From Tubiluchus corallicola (Eukaryota; Animalia; Priapulida), in contig JAQGDQ010000069.1 of NCBI GenBank assembly GCA_030141605.1, positions 439,126-503,125 of the forward strand: a stretch of 64,000 nucleotides of DNA, read 5' to 3'. The notes under the pieces were generated by a model. It had not been told where the DNA came from. It saw nothing but the letters and a program-made list of their open reading frames with translations, and searched no databases. The translations under genes were made by a program, and so were the position numbers. Shown here piece after piece: positions 1-12,816 of the stretch. The number at the start of each line of letters is the position of its first letter. Within the stretch, counting starts at the first letter, position 1.

Positions 1-923
1 AGCTCTCAAGGTAAAGGCCTACAGTTGGAAAGTGAGAAAAATCACTCTAACTTGCTATGAAAAGGAGGCATCTGTTAACTTCTTAAAGTAAGTGGGATTG
101 TATACAATAGGAAATGATTTTTCGGGTAATACAAATAATTCCACAGACGAAAAGCCCGAGGGAAAAATGAAATTATCAGCAGTAGTTCTGCATCTAGGAG
201 TGTTCAAGGTAAAATTGCAAGAAACAGTAGCAAAATTATGCGAACATACTGTCAGAATGTGTCGAAGTACAGACCACCAACGAGCAACAAATTCCAGTGT
301 TCACCTCACACCAAAAGTAATTTATGAATATATGGTTTTGCAAAAAACTAAAGGACAGATATAACAGGCAAAAGCAAAAGCAGATAAGTGGCTGCTAAAA
401 AACAGAGCACAGCATTAAGGGTTCGGCAATTTCCTGCTTGAAACAGGCATTCTACTTTTGTCGAGACATTTCTTAGCCATTTCCGTAAGCCACTTTTCCA
501 TCCAAAATCGGAACGCAAGCCAGGACCAAGCAAACAAGCATAAGACTGATCAGAAGAAATGAAGTGCATTGGCAATTGAATATTGCAAAAGTAAAAATGG
601 TATACAAGCTTTGTCTTTTTTGCTGTTAAATATTATACTAAGTTGTAAAATTAAAAGAAAGCAGAAAAATTACCAGCAAGTACATATAACAGACGAGCAT
701 GTAGATTATTGTCAAAAACCAGTCTAATAGACAAGTTCCAAATATCAAATGACCAGATTATTAAATAATAATACGTAATATACTTAATCATAATTAATGT
801 TTTACTATCATTACGCTTAAGACTACAGAAAAAAGGTTACAGGAAAAGTTTTAAAAAAGCACAGTTCAGGATAAGAAGCTAGTGTGGAACACCAGTTATG
901 AAACTGATACTAATGTTTGATAC

Positions 924-2389
924 CTTAGCAAAGCACTTCATATTTCTTGCGCACAACATGGACATGCGCGTCTGTGACATAAACAGCTCGTCGGAGATTT
1001 CGCGATATCGAGGTGCTGTGTGGTCTGACAGTGTTGCCAGTTCTTGGCTTAGAGCATTAAAATGAGCCTGTTCCAGTAACATGGCATTCTGCAGAGAAGC
1101 AACTGTGTCAACCAAAGCCTGTAAAGTACATTAAATGAGATTAAAGTAAAATAAAATTGTACGTAATTGTAAATTAAACTGCAATAAACATCCTTTTATG
1201 AATACATAATATGCAATGCACAAACAGAGATCTTGTTTAACCAAACTAGACCATAGTAAAATATACATGACTTACTATGGTTTCGCAAACTTCCAATCAT
1301 TCTTACCTATAATAGCACTAATTAAACTTATTCGCATACTTTTATTATGTTGCATCAAATTTCATAATAATGCATTAATATGAAATTTATGAAAATTACT
1401 GTGGCACACTTTTTGATAGTGAAAAAAATTAGAAGCAATTTTTAAAACTACAATAGTTTTTTTTTGTAATTTTCCAATCTTAAAAGTGAATATCTGGCTT
1501 TTTTACTTTTAAATTAATACATGTGCAAAATTTACCACATCATATCTTTGAAGGGAAACAATAACTGGAGCTGAACTGTGACAAACACTGCATTTGTTGG
1601 TACAGTAGTTGTCCGTTTAGATAAAAAACATTGTAGTACAGCAAAACGAGTACACTGGTTTACTGGATACACGATGTAACAACTAGGTAAATATTTTCCT
1701 ATAGGATACATTGCATACAAACATTTAAACTTGACAGGGAAATCTATTTAGGCAAAAGATTATTGACCTCAGCTGGATCTAGCTGATTACTAATAATTGT
1801 ATGTTGCACACAACATACAAGTGGTGACATCTGTTGCATGATTTGTAAAATTCTTACTAGGGTAACAGAAATAAGATCAGAAAATTAATAGCAATACTTT
1901 TAAATATAAAAGTTTTTATGACTGCATACAAAAACGGTCAACAAGTCCTTTTCAAAATGAGTCAGAATTAACTTGAATGTGCTACTGCATTTTGCAAATT
2001 CCTAAAATCAAGCCACACAAATTTGACTGTAAGGCATTTTTATTCAGAAATAAAGTTTATACAAAAAGGATATGGGGCATTTTATTTAGCAAAATTTAAC
2101 TGATGGGGTTTTACTGTTTTACAGACAGTGCTGTGAATATACTGCGTTTACTTGTTAGACATCATTAAAAAAGTTAACACCATTAAGACACCAAGTTAAA
2201 AAACAACATTTATAAAAAGACAAAGTTCTGATTCACGAAAACGAAAAATTTGTCACTATATTTTAATTTCCATTAATTATCTTCTCTCCATGTTCAGCAC
2301 TATACCTTCATTTCCATTGCCTTGATGGCATCATCAAACACTGCTTCTGTGCACTTTATCATGTCTGGTGGCTCCATCTTAGCCTCCAA
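924..2389 (-). CDS. Unidentified protein, partial (two coding exons; the gene probably continues beyond the left window edge)
   Basis: Exon 2306-2389 (ttttttag|...|gtatag, 84 nt) encodes LEAKMEPPDMIKCTEAVFDDAIKAMEMK. Exon 924-1118 (tttacag|...|gtatca, 195 nt) encodes ALVDTVASLQNAMLLEQAHFNALSQELATLSDHTAPRYREISDELFMSQTRMSMLCARNMKCFAK. Both are phase 0, join in frame, and are GC-richer than their flanks. The sequence looks helical or coiled-coil; I do not recognise the family. If the donor at 923 is not used, the frame runs to a stop at 879. Confidence 0.7.
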
Positions 2390-2870
2390 CTAAAAAAATG
2401 TAAAAGTCAGATGCGTTTTTAATATAATTTTGTAAGTATAGCTAGTGTACATAAAACTTTTTGTTAGATAAAAACTTTGTATTACCACAAATGCATCGTT
2501 AATTGCAACGTATTCTAAACACGTCCGACACTAACAGTTTGAGCAAACTTACTAAAATGCCATAAAGAAAAAAGACCAGTTCAAAGGAGTAACAAAGCAC
2601 ATTATTATCCAAGTCTCACCTGTCTTATGTAAATTGGCACAAGCCAGCAATAAATGATGACAGGCTAATAACATACATTCAGAGTATACACCATCATGCA
2701 ATGAAAGACATTAGGCTGAGTAATGTAAGCGTAATATGTACTTATTTATACGTGCGTGACAGTAGCTATAATCTAGAGCTGTGTTATTCAAGATGATAAA
2801 TTTTAATGACCTATCACAATTTGCTCATATTGACAACTATGTTGAAATTAATTTATTATTGTGCACTTAC

Positions 2871-2873
2871 CAT
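2871..2873 (-). CDS. Candidate alternative first coding exon ending in the start codon (ATG|GTAAGT)
   Basis: The minus strand reads atttaaaATG|gtaagtgcac, a perfect donor directly after ATG. It is phase 0 and compatible with the acceptor at 2389. Confidence 0.45.
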
Positions 2874-5800
2874 TTTAAATTTGTTTGCTGTAGGTAGGTT
2901 AAACTATGTAACATGTATGAGATGAGTTAGGAGGATGCCTAACATATCGTGTGTTGTGCAACTGCACAAGTTAGTAACAGTCCAACTAAAGTCAACTTAG
3001 AGGACACTTCAACACTCATTTGAAATACAAGTTATTACAATCAATGACGGCCCAGTTAGTTACTAACAAGACTTGCTAGTAAGCTTAGTCTCTTCTAATA
3101 TCAGTCATTATGTGTATTTTGAACAGCAGGTCATAAACAAAACGGATAAGAATCAGTGCTAAATATGCAGTAGCAGCCAATATTTGTTTGACAGTAGCAA
3201 CCCACTGTGTTCTTAATAAGAGCAGTCTTTCACAAGTAAATCTTAGTTAAACATTTTGAAATTAGAGGCTATTTGGGGGTTCAGAAACTACATGTATTAC
3301 TTTTGTTTAGTAGCAGTACAATGATAGTATTGTTACACTATAGGATATCATTACCATCATTATTAACCTGCAATATATAATGCTGGTCGTGCTGTACATC
3401 TGTTGGTATCATTAGCATAGCAAGAGTTGCACACATGACAGAAATTTAAGTTGAAAAGCAGCAGAAAACTTTTACAGAATAGTTTCTGAAACTTCATTCA
3501 CTCTACAAACTGATAGACAATTTGACTCAGAACAGACTCTCGGCACAGCAATTTCCAAAACCCCCTCTCTCGTTCTCTCTATCACTACCTATGCTCTTCA
3601 CGTTTTATCCTTACAATTCTAAGATTTCCCTTCTCTCTTTATTCAGTTGTTGCTCTTCTCCTTTCTCTTTATCTCGCATATCTTTTGCTAGAAATAGCAC
3701 ATGACATTGCCAAGCCCTTGTCTGTTCGTGGGGTTTCCACGAAAAGGTAACCAATTCACGCAGGTGTTTGCAGAGCCATTAAAACCTTTCCTACCTAAAA
3801 TGCAAAGTCAGCTCAAGCAGTTAACTAATGCTGTAAAGGCTTAAAGCAAATTCAGACGGTTAAACAGAACTGTTTGCTCTTACAGATCATTCAGGGTGTT
3901 CAAGAATGAATCACAGGAACTTAAATTCGTTTCACATTGTTGGCATCTAATCTTACAAACAGATCTGTTTCGCTGTGATACCAGTGTCGTTCTCTTTACT
4001 GTTCAATAAGTATTTTGCACTTTTTATATTGTAACAACATAATACGGTAACTTCTTATTCTAAATTTTTACGACAAAACGTGTGCTACGACCAACGCTAA
4101 ATAGCGTTTTAAATAACATATTCATAAAATGGATTCCATAGCAACAATAAACGACAAATTCAGTTAGCTTGGCAGAAAAAACAATAAGTGAGTAACCCAA
4201 TGCTTTGCATTCCACACTAGTTAGACAAGAGAACAAGTGAATGACAGAGAAGTGTACTGTACACTGATGTACATTGCACCGTACGATGATATCACACTGA
4301 AACACAGCAAATGCTGTAGATCTACCCTTGGAAGTCATATAGTTTCATCATAGTAAAAAAATAACGTGCTTTTTTATGATTGCAAAAATCTACCTATGGA
4401 TATAAAGTAGATATTTAGCTGTATTAGAATTATCTATTAACAAACGAAGCTTTGCCATAATTGAACTTCCTAGCATAGAAATAATCATCGCATCATTAAC
4501 GCCATTAAATTTCGTGAAGCGTTACCGAAGCAGGTTGAATAATTAACCGGTCACAGCAACGCAGAGGTCAGTAAATGAATGGATAATCTCCTTCAATACA
4601 CGTATTGGTCTACTGAAAAATAATCAATATTCAAAATTTGCGAGGACACGAAAATTCAAAAGCTACTAAATCAAATTTTATGGTACACAAAAAACAGCGC
4701 TTTGGGTATGTACAGGGTGCAATGCTCAGGCATGGTCCCACTAATGTTAACTATTGTATGAGCATTCCACATAATATATCCTTGTCAAAGTGGTCTATCT
4801 AATGGATGATACACCCGCCTATCTCCGTTTTTATCATTATACATGTGTTACTGACATAGCGTTTATAGCACTTGGTTTAGAAAAAATAACTAGACTACAA
4901 ATAATACACTTATAATTTCAGTTCACAATATATTGAGTTCACTTATGACACAAGCTCACCAATACAGAATCATGATAACATGCATATTGCAGCGGGATGT
5001 GCAGTCAAAGAGAACTTTTAACAATTCGTATAGTTTGATACTCAAACGAATTTTTCAGGAATTGCATTTCAGGAAAGACTTGCGACCTAGGAAAACTCTG
5101 TACTAGTGCTATTCTATACTATAGTGCCTCTTTCTTTTGAGGCGCCCTTTACAAAACTAAAGTTAAGCCTATCATATTAAGGTCGCGCTTAATAGTTACG
5201 CAAGGTGTAACTTATAGATAAGACCATGATCAAACTAACTGTAAAGTATTTGATATCAGATATAAATCCTAATTTCATTACAGCCCCATGTAATGCTTAA
5301 CGACAGATGAAGGTGAACGCCTGAATTTATTAAATGCTTAAACTCACAAAACGCAAACAGACATAATATACAGGAATAGGAAACAGACATGACAAAAAGT
5401 TTCAGATCATAAAATTTGATTGCCGTATTGGCATTCCACGTGCCTTTGATAAGTTTTTACATTAATAATGAATTGTCATTCCCACCGGTAGAAGTGGTAA
5501 CGTTTCTCATCTTGCTAGTAATTAATACGGTTTGTGTAGCAAATTAATAAGCTGAGATAGATAGATGTAGCGTGACACGTCGCTGTAAACATCTTGGAGT
5601 GCCTGACTGCAGAGCGACTTCAGTTTTTATTGCTCTACTTCCCCACAAGACAGTATGCCCCTACTGCACCAAATTACTCCTCCCATAGCAAGGTACAGAT
5701 TCTAATCGCAAGTTCATGCAGGTACATACCTTCACAGGTGAACCAAGCCAGGTAAATAGGGTGGAATTATTGAAGGAGCTTGATCAGATGTAGGATACAA

Positions 5801-6379
5801 TAGAATCAATGGAAATCACTCAGTAGACGCATTCTATACAAACTGTAGTTCAGCACTGCTCCCCACACAGACAGGTAGAAAATGCATGAATAAAACAGGT
5901 AAACAAAGTAACGCACAGGTAGGTTATACACAGAAAGCAAAGTTCACATAGTAGAAATATAGTTTAACATACAGTAAGATTTGGTGCTGCTAATGTTTGT
6001 TGATGGCTACAGATAAAACATGGGCCGGGCTGGTTGGGAGAAAGGAGGGCGGGGGGGGGGACGTCGCAGCGACACCCAGCGATTGCACTTACAATGATAT
6101 TGCTATGATCCACACAAAATAAATTACAGTAGATACATAATTCAGTTTCACTTGTTGCCACGTGCTTTCACTGTGAATGCATTAAAATGACTTTCTGTAG
6201 TTTGCAAGCGCACTCAACATTACAAAATTACAGCATTAAACATTTGTTTTGCAACATTATGTATTCATTTTGTGGTATTCCTCGTTTGCTTACCCTAGTG
6301 GCACACTCCAATTATACAACATGTGTCGATTTACCCGTCTCTTTCGCTCACTAAATTCATTTGGCAACTATTCATTCAC

Positions 6380-6510
6380 TTATCAGCCAGCCAGTCAGTC
6401 AGTGAGTCACCCAGGTAACCAACCAACAAACCAGTCAGTCAGTCAGTCGATTAGCCAGCCAACTAATCACTCAGTCACTCAGCTAGCTGTTAAGTCAGCC
6501 AGCCAGTTAA
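6380..6510. repeat. Degenerate tetranucleotide microsatellite (CAGT/CAGC/CCAA)
   Basis: cagccagccagtcagtcagtgagtca...ccaaccaacaaaccagtcagtcagtcagtc. Confidence 0.8.
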
Positions 6511-9410
6511 GCATTTTCATTTATTCACTCATGAGTAGATGTCACATTAAATTATACAAAGACAATGACTGTTACGTCCTTGTTAAAATACAAATTTAAC
6601 CTTAATTATTTAATTTTTATATAATACAGCTTCTCTAGTAGAACAATGGCACATACGTTGTTTCATTGGTTTTATGATAATGCCAGTCATTCAGTCAAAG
6701 AAATTTATTTGATTTATCTTGTTCAAGCTGCTATTTATTAACCATTTTCCTTAGTTCAACTTTTTTCTTTCATTTTCTCGCTGCTTACTCATAAGTTCTC
6801 AGACTACTGCTCACAGCTTTGAGACTTTAACACTTTATAGTTTTGACTATTGAATGTCAATTATAAGACTGTGTCACACACTTGTCCTTGAGGCGCAGTC
6901 AACAGTCAGAATGAAAAAGTAACAAATTATTTGAAAAGACCCCGAAACTGACAAAGAAAAACTAGACATAACTTTTCATTTCAGGCATTACAAGTTGTAG
7001 AAAACTGACTAAATTGTCAGACATTAACTATATGCTGTGCTCCAGTAATTTTACGACTTTCACATCATCTTAAAGAGCCTTCTCTTCCAGTCTGATTACA
7101 TCAAAACCTCTTTCCTTCTCGCTCCAGTGACATTGACAGCACTGTGAGCTGAAACTACAGCTGCAGCTGCTAAACTTAGGCCATATACTTGGACCATAAT
7201 ACAATGTTACGAAATGGGTTAATGGCAGGGTTCTGCCCAGACAGATACTACTGCACAACCTGAATGTTCCTCTAATGAACTGGCTCAGGTATATCACTGA
7301 GAAAAGTAAAATCAGGCTTGCTTGCAAGCATGACCGATTTCAGGAAAGCAATTGTGCTAATTTCAGGGAGCAATTGACAAAAAATAAAACTAGCTTTATG
7401 AAACGTGGCTTTCGATTTTTTAAGACCTAGTTTCCTAAGTTACTTCAGTAAACTCGGCTATGTACACTTCAGTCCAATTGCAAAGGTTAAGAACTAATTC
7501 TTTTCCATTAAATACAAACGATTCACGTGTTTGTTGTAGGCAGGACGATTTGTCTGGAAAATGTTGGAATTTTGTGTGTTTTACTATCTCTCCACTATTT
7601 TATGAAATTTACCTTACAGCCTGGGTGATTGTTAACGTGTACTTTAAAGTGAAATTTTACTGGTGTCAGGCTGTCAGCTGACGAGGTCACAAGACTTATG
7701 AGTGCTATAACTTCTGTAATAAACTGTTTTAATCCCATTGTCGGTTTTAGGAGCAAGTTTTCTTTGCACACCACATTTCTTTTTGAATCGAAGTTGCTCG
7801 TTCATTCTCATACTAGATTTAGAGTTTACCTTACAATGTGTAGCCTCAAGTGAAGTTTCATTTTAAGAAATAAGAAGTAAAAAAACGGTTGACTCCGTTA
7901 TTTCTTGTTTTGCTGTCTACTCGCTTGTTTATTGTTTAACGGTTGCTAGCAATACTTCTGTATGAACGTGTTCTCCCACATTTTTATTAAAAAGGTTAGA
8001 CGCAGTAATGCTACCCAAAATATTTCACGTTCGTTTTATAGTTTGCATGTAATCAAATAGTTTCTGATGAGATACCTGACTGCCTTGGGCCATATAATAA
8101 ATTCAGTTTGTGTTATAATAATTGACTTTTAGAAAGAGTTCAAGCTGTACTATAAAATTGCAGAGATGACTCAGGCAGAGCTGAGTAGAACTGAACTAGA
8201 ATAAAACACCAATCCATCATCAAACACTGAACAGTGACAAAAAAGGTAAATATTACAGGTGTGGATGGGGGTACGTATGACGACAGAACAATTCTGGAAA
8301 AACTATTCACATTTATGACGAAAGAACGGCTCATGTGTTCATATTTATGTCTGTGATGATTGATGACAGGAACCCTGCTCGCAGAACTGTTCACAAAGTG
8401 AAGTTATTTTGTTTGGGGTTTGGGGACGGGGTTGTTATTGAAGTCACGTTCTCATGAATAATAACAAGCCAGCTCCAAAAACTGTATACAGTCACAGGAT
8501 GGCTCCAAGAATTACGTTTTCGGGTAAGGAGGCAGCAATAACGCTGCTTTTGAAGTCATTTTTCATGATTTTTGCACCATTTTTGATGCATAATGATAGC
8601 ATTTCTCCCAATATTATGTTTTGTGATTGGTAATAGGGTTTACATCGGAAGGCATGTTCTGATATAAAAATGTGACAGGACGACTCTCGAATCATGTTCT
8701 GGTACGTAGTGACAGGATTTACCGAAATTACACGCTTGCACAGGAGGGTAAGACCACCCTAAAGTCTTGTCCAAATCATGTAACTATGTGATTGCTCCTG
8801 GCTCCTGTCCCACGTGAAATAAGCGCTTTCAATGAAACTGTTTGCGAGACAGCAACTTAGGCAGTTGCGTACAGCTTGTGTTAGCTGCAAAGGATGGGAA
8901 AGATACTGTAATTGTCAATGTTGGTACTCACACGTAAATGTCTCTATGTACCTGAAATACCCTCCAGCCTTTACCCACAGAAAAGTGAGAGCAATTTATG
9001 CACAAAACACGCGGAAGAGAAGTTCCATGCTCAAAGTAAACGATGTGATGTCGAAACAATAGCACACTTTTGCCAAGAATATTTAGCTTCATTATACTAA
9101 CAATTTTATCATTTTACTGTGAAAAATACCATCATATTTTAGGCTCGAGGTTCAAATTATGCAATTTAGTGCTGCTGCAGTATGCTTTTCTTTGTGTGTA
9201 AGTTACAAACTCGATTGCTTATAACCAAAGAATGTTAAATTATCCTTATCATACATGCAATAATCGACTCGTTGATTTTATCAAGTTTACACTACATCAA
9301 ATTTGTGGTTTGACCAAGACTGTAAGCACATAGGACTCATTTTCTGTCTCTTAGGAACTTCAAATAATCATAAATTTACTTATGACTATTTAAGATTTAT
9401 GACTATTTAC

Positions 9411-9452
9411 CTCTTCTTCCATTAGATGATTGTTTTCAACCACGACACTCAT
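9411..9452 (-). CDS. Candidate alternative first coding exon (MSVVVENNHLMEEE) of the same unidentified gene
   Basis: ATG at 9452 with an in-frame TGA upstream, 14 codons, then the donor GAG|gtaaat in phase 0, matching the phase-0 acceptor at 2389. Confidence 0.45.
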
Positions 9453-12400
9453 TCTCTTTCTTCCAGTTATTGATTTTTTTCAGTTCAATCTTTTAGCAAA
9501 TTACTATATTTCCACCAAAATTGAACCAGGACACCTAAATGACTTTGCTGAAACCAAAATCAGAATAGGCGCAACTTCTGGATCCAATTCGGACGTCTTG
9601 AGAACTCACAATTCCACCGTAAATTTATAAATCACATGTCATAAATGTTCTTGCGTGTACAAATGTTCTACACTTTACTCTCAGAATAAAGGAAACCCTT
9701 TCAAGCTTTCAGTCAGTTAACTGCTTAACAAAACACAAGTGTTTGAACAGAAAAACCAGGAAATTTTGCCTCTGCTAATTACACTGACCAAAAACGTTTC
9801 TCGTGGTTAAACGCCACACAGTCAAAACAATTGTATCCACTTCGCGAAAACTTGCGAATTTCTTCCCCGGAAGAAACACTTGCTTCTCTGTTTACATACA
9901 TAAGAGTTTATTGTTACCTGCCGTCAGCATCAACAGGTAGCTTATTATTACCTTCTTTGCAAAAAATAACAACTTGATGGTACGTGTTATCAAACCGCTG
10001 AGGTCTTACACCACCCTCACTCGCACACTTCATGCACAGATAAGCAAGCATTGATATATTGAACTCTCATACACAACTGAGTGAACACGCATACTAGAAA
10101 ACAGCTAGCGTGACTAAAACTGCTGGTGAGCCCAAATCAATTAGGCCTAGGGCTTGATTGTTTAAATATAGCACTCAAGAATGTCTTTTAACCTAGTTAT
10201 AGGGTCAAAGGTTGTAATGACCAGGGCTGTCAAAGTCCGAGTGCTTACTAATGTATAATTAAAATATAGCCGGTCTACCAAACTGAGTGAATATTAACTA
10301 GTTTTCATACAGTTTTAATCACTGGTACGAAATAAATCGAGAGAAGTAAAACATGGGGTGCAATATTTCATAGCTTTGCAAAATGGGGTTAGTTGATGAC
10401 GGTAACGAAATCTTATTGTTTGTCGTCGTTGTGGTTCCTAAACTAAACAACAGGAATGACACGCGTCTAGACGAAACTGAAATAATCACAATATCACAAA
10501 TATTTCGTCAGAAAGGTCGGCAAAATACGAATATGAGGAATAGAAATGCTATAATAGTGTTAAACAAAAACTTTTCCTTTAGAAATGATGACTGTTCGTT
10601 TTAAATGAAGAGCCGCTAGTTTACAACATTTAGTGTTCGCTCAATTTCGTCAATAGATGGCGCAACACATTTTGTACAATCTACCACTGCAAATGTATAT
10701 AGTATACCGGTTACCAGTTCCAAAAATATTAAGAAATTTAAAAAAGCCTTCAAAGCAATATATTAGCATAAGATTTTAAGAAACAGTGCTGTATTCTGTA
10801 TGTTATCCTATGTTCTTATCTGCAGTAAATGCGCTTCGCGTAATCATATAAACTAATAAAAACAGCGTCTAGCTAACAAGCTTGTGGCTTTTGTTTAGAA
10901 AAACTTCATCCTAACAAGTCATTATTTCAGATCAGGTTACAGCAGCCCCCGTCGCGTTGTTCAAAGGTTCGCTAGGTCACCACAATCAGATTAGAAACCG
11001 CAAGGTAAAATCCAATGTAGCTACTTAACTAGAAAACTATTTGCTGAAGGCAGTTTGCTCTATTTACTGGTCAGAGTGTGAGAAGGAGGTGCCATGCCCA
11101 TACGGAGGAACCCCCTTACGGCCACACCTTCTACAAAAGCTATAAGTCACAGATAATCACGTGACACCAGGAGAAGGGGTGACAAGAGACATCTTGCAGG
11201 TATCTGAGTAGTCAGAAGTCGGTGTCTTTGTTCTTTTCCACTGATATGGGTGCCATGTCATGTTACGTGACAGAACTACCAAGAGGTGCCGTTACATGAG
11301 TGGAGAATGTAGAAGCGACCCTGAGGGTTTTACACAAGCGGCTATTAGCGTGAGCAGGAACAGACCAAACGAAAACGTGTATTATCTGCACATCGTACGT
11401 CACGCAGAAAGGAATAAATAGTGTAATTTGCAAAACGGCTGTCGAAATGCACAGTGTGAGAAACTTGTTACAGTAAGCCCAAGAGCAAGCGGCGCTTAAA
11501 AGCCTTAAACGACTACAACTGCATAAACTGCAGAATATATTTCATTTCAAAGATAAAGGTAAATATTTTTGTCTGAATCCATATCACCGATACTAATCTA
11601 AATCAGAATTTGGATTCAAATCAGAATGTTAGTTTAAATAGTCAAATACAGCATACATTATAATCAAAACACATTAAATGAATGATCACACCTTAATCTG
11701 ACAGAAATTTGTGGATTATCTCTGAGTAATTACCAAAATTCGCACGCGACGTGTATGGGATGGGGATCCACGTTTATTCAGTCTAACTGAACTACATGTA
11801 TGTGAAGTTGTAAACACACCTTTAGTCCTATTGCAGACGTAACAACTTACCGACTTCTTTGGCATGTAATGTTCATATATCGTGACGTCCCTCATTGTTT
11901 TAGTTGTTGATTGGTAACAATTTATGACAACAATGTGTTGGTGCGCAATTTGGGACTCCTTTTATCTCAACAATGCGTTGCTGAGCAACTCAACACGCCA
12001 TTTTAAAAAGCTGTGAAGTTCTTTCTCTTCGCTTAGTGGTGCTAAACCTGTAAAAAGTCCATAGAAGTATTTTACTATTCATACAAGTCTTTATGGTTAT
12101 TTAGGCCATGAAAACAGAAAGGGAAAGTCTGACATAAAAAGGGAGGGAAAACCCATTGTCTGGACATCATAAAACCCGCTCCATAGAGCATAAGCACGTT
12201 TTAGAGATGAATGTACGACGCAATGTACAAAATGACAGGTCTTAGTAGAAAAAACCCAAGACAATGAACTGACGCCTTGAAATCTTAAAGAAAAACTTGC
12301 AGGATAAAGTAACATGTCCTGCAATGAATTACTAATTTACCTGTACGATTGCCAATCAATGAGAAAGTTTCTGTCAAGGACGCAGCGAGTGAAATGTTTA

Positions 12401-12559
12401 ACACAGTAGCATTTTTCATATGTTTAGTTTAGCATAGGGGGGTAATATATACACGTATAATGTTGCTTTTCTAAGAATCATAAATGCTTCAGTGCTATTA
12501 CAAGAATTAATATTGCAATAACTATGCAAGTATTTTTAATGACAGATATGTAGCTATCG

Positions 12560-12816
12560 ACTAGGCGCTATAGTGTAATCGATAACGCGTATGTTTTCCT
12601 TTGGGATGTCGTTGATACCCTGGACCGGAAAATACCAAAAACTTTAAGAATGGTATATGCTGTTACCTTGTCTGGCACGTGGTATTTGGGGTAATAATAA
12701 TAACAATAATCCCTGTTATGTAGGTGTAGCTTGTTATTTACAATCGGCGATAAAAGCCTCATAGCTTGTATTGTCTTTCGAATTTAAAGCCCTCTTTGAA
12801 TAAAGCTTATTATTAT
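12560..12816 (+). mobile_element. Degenerate tRNA-derived SINE, same family as 42303-42573
   Basis: Shares the core ataccaaa(a)actttaagaatggta...cgtggtattt-gggta and the 3' part tgttatgtag..tgtag.ttgttatttaca.tcgg.gataa with the 42.3 kb copy, and ends in (TTA)n. Confidence 0.7.

Noticed and set aside
3522-3790. Purine-rich minus-strand reading frame (MRDKEKGEEQQLNKERREILEL)
   Set aside because: It is short and low-complexity and ends in a stop with no donor; more likely UTR or intron.
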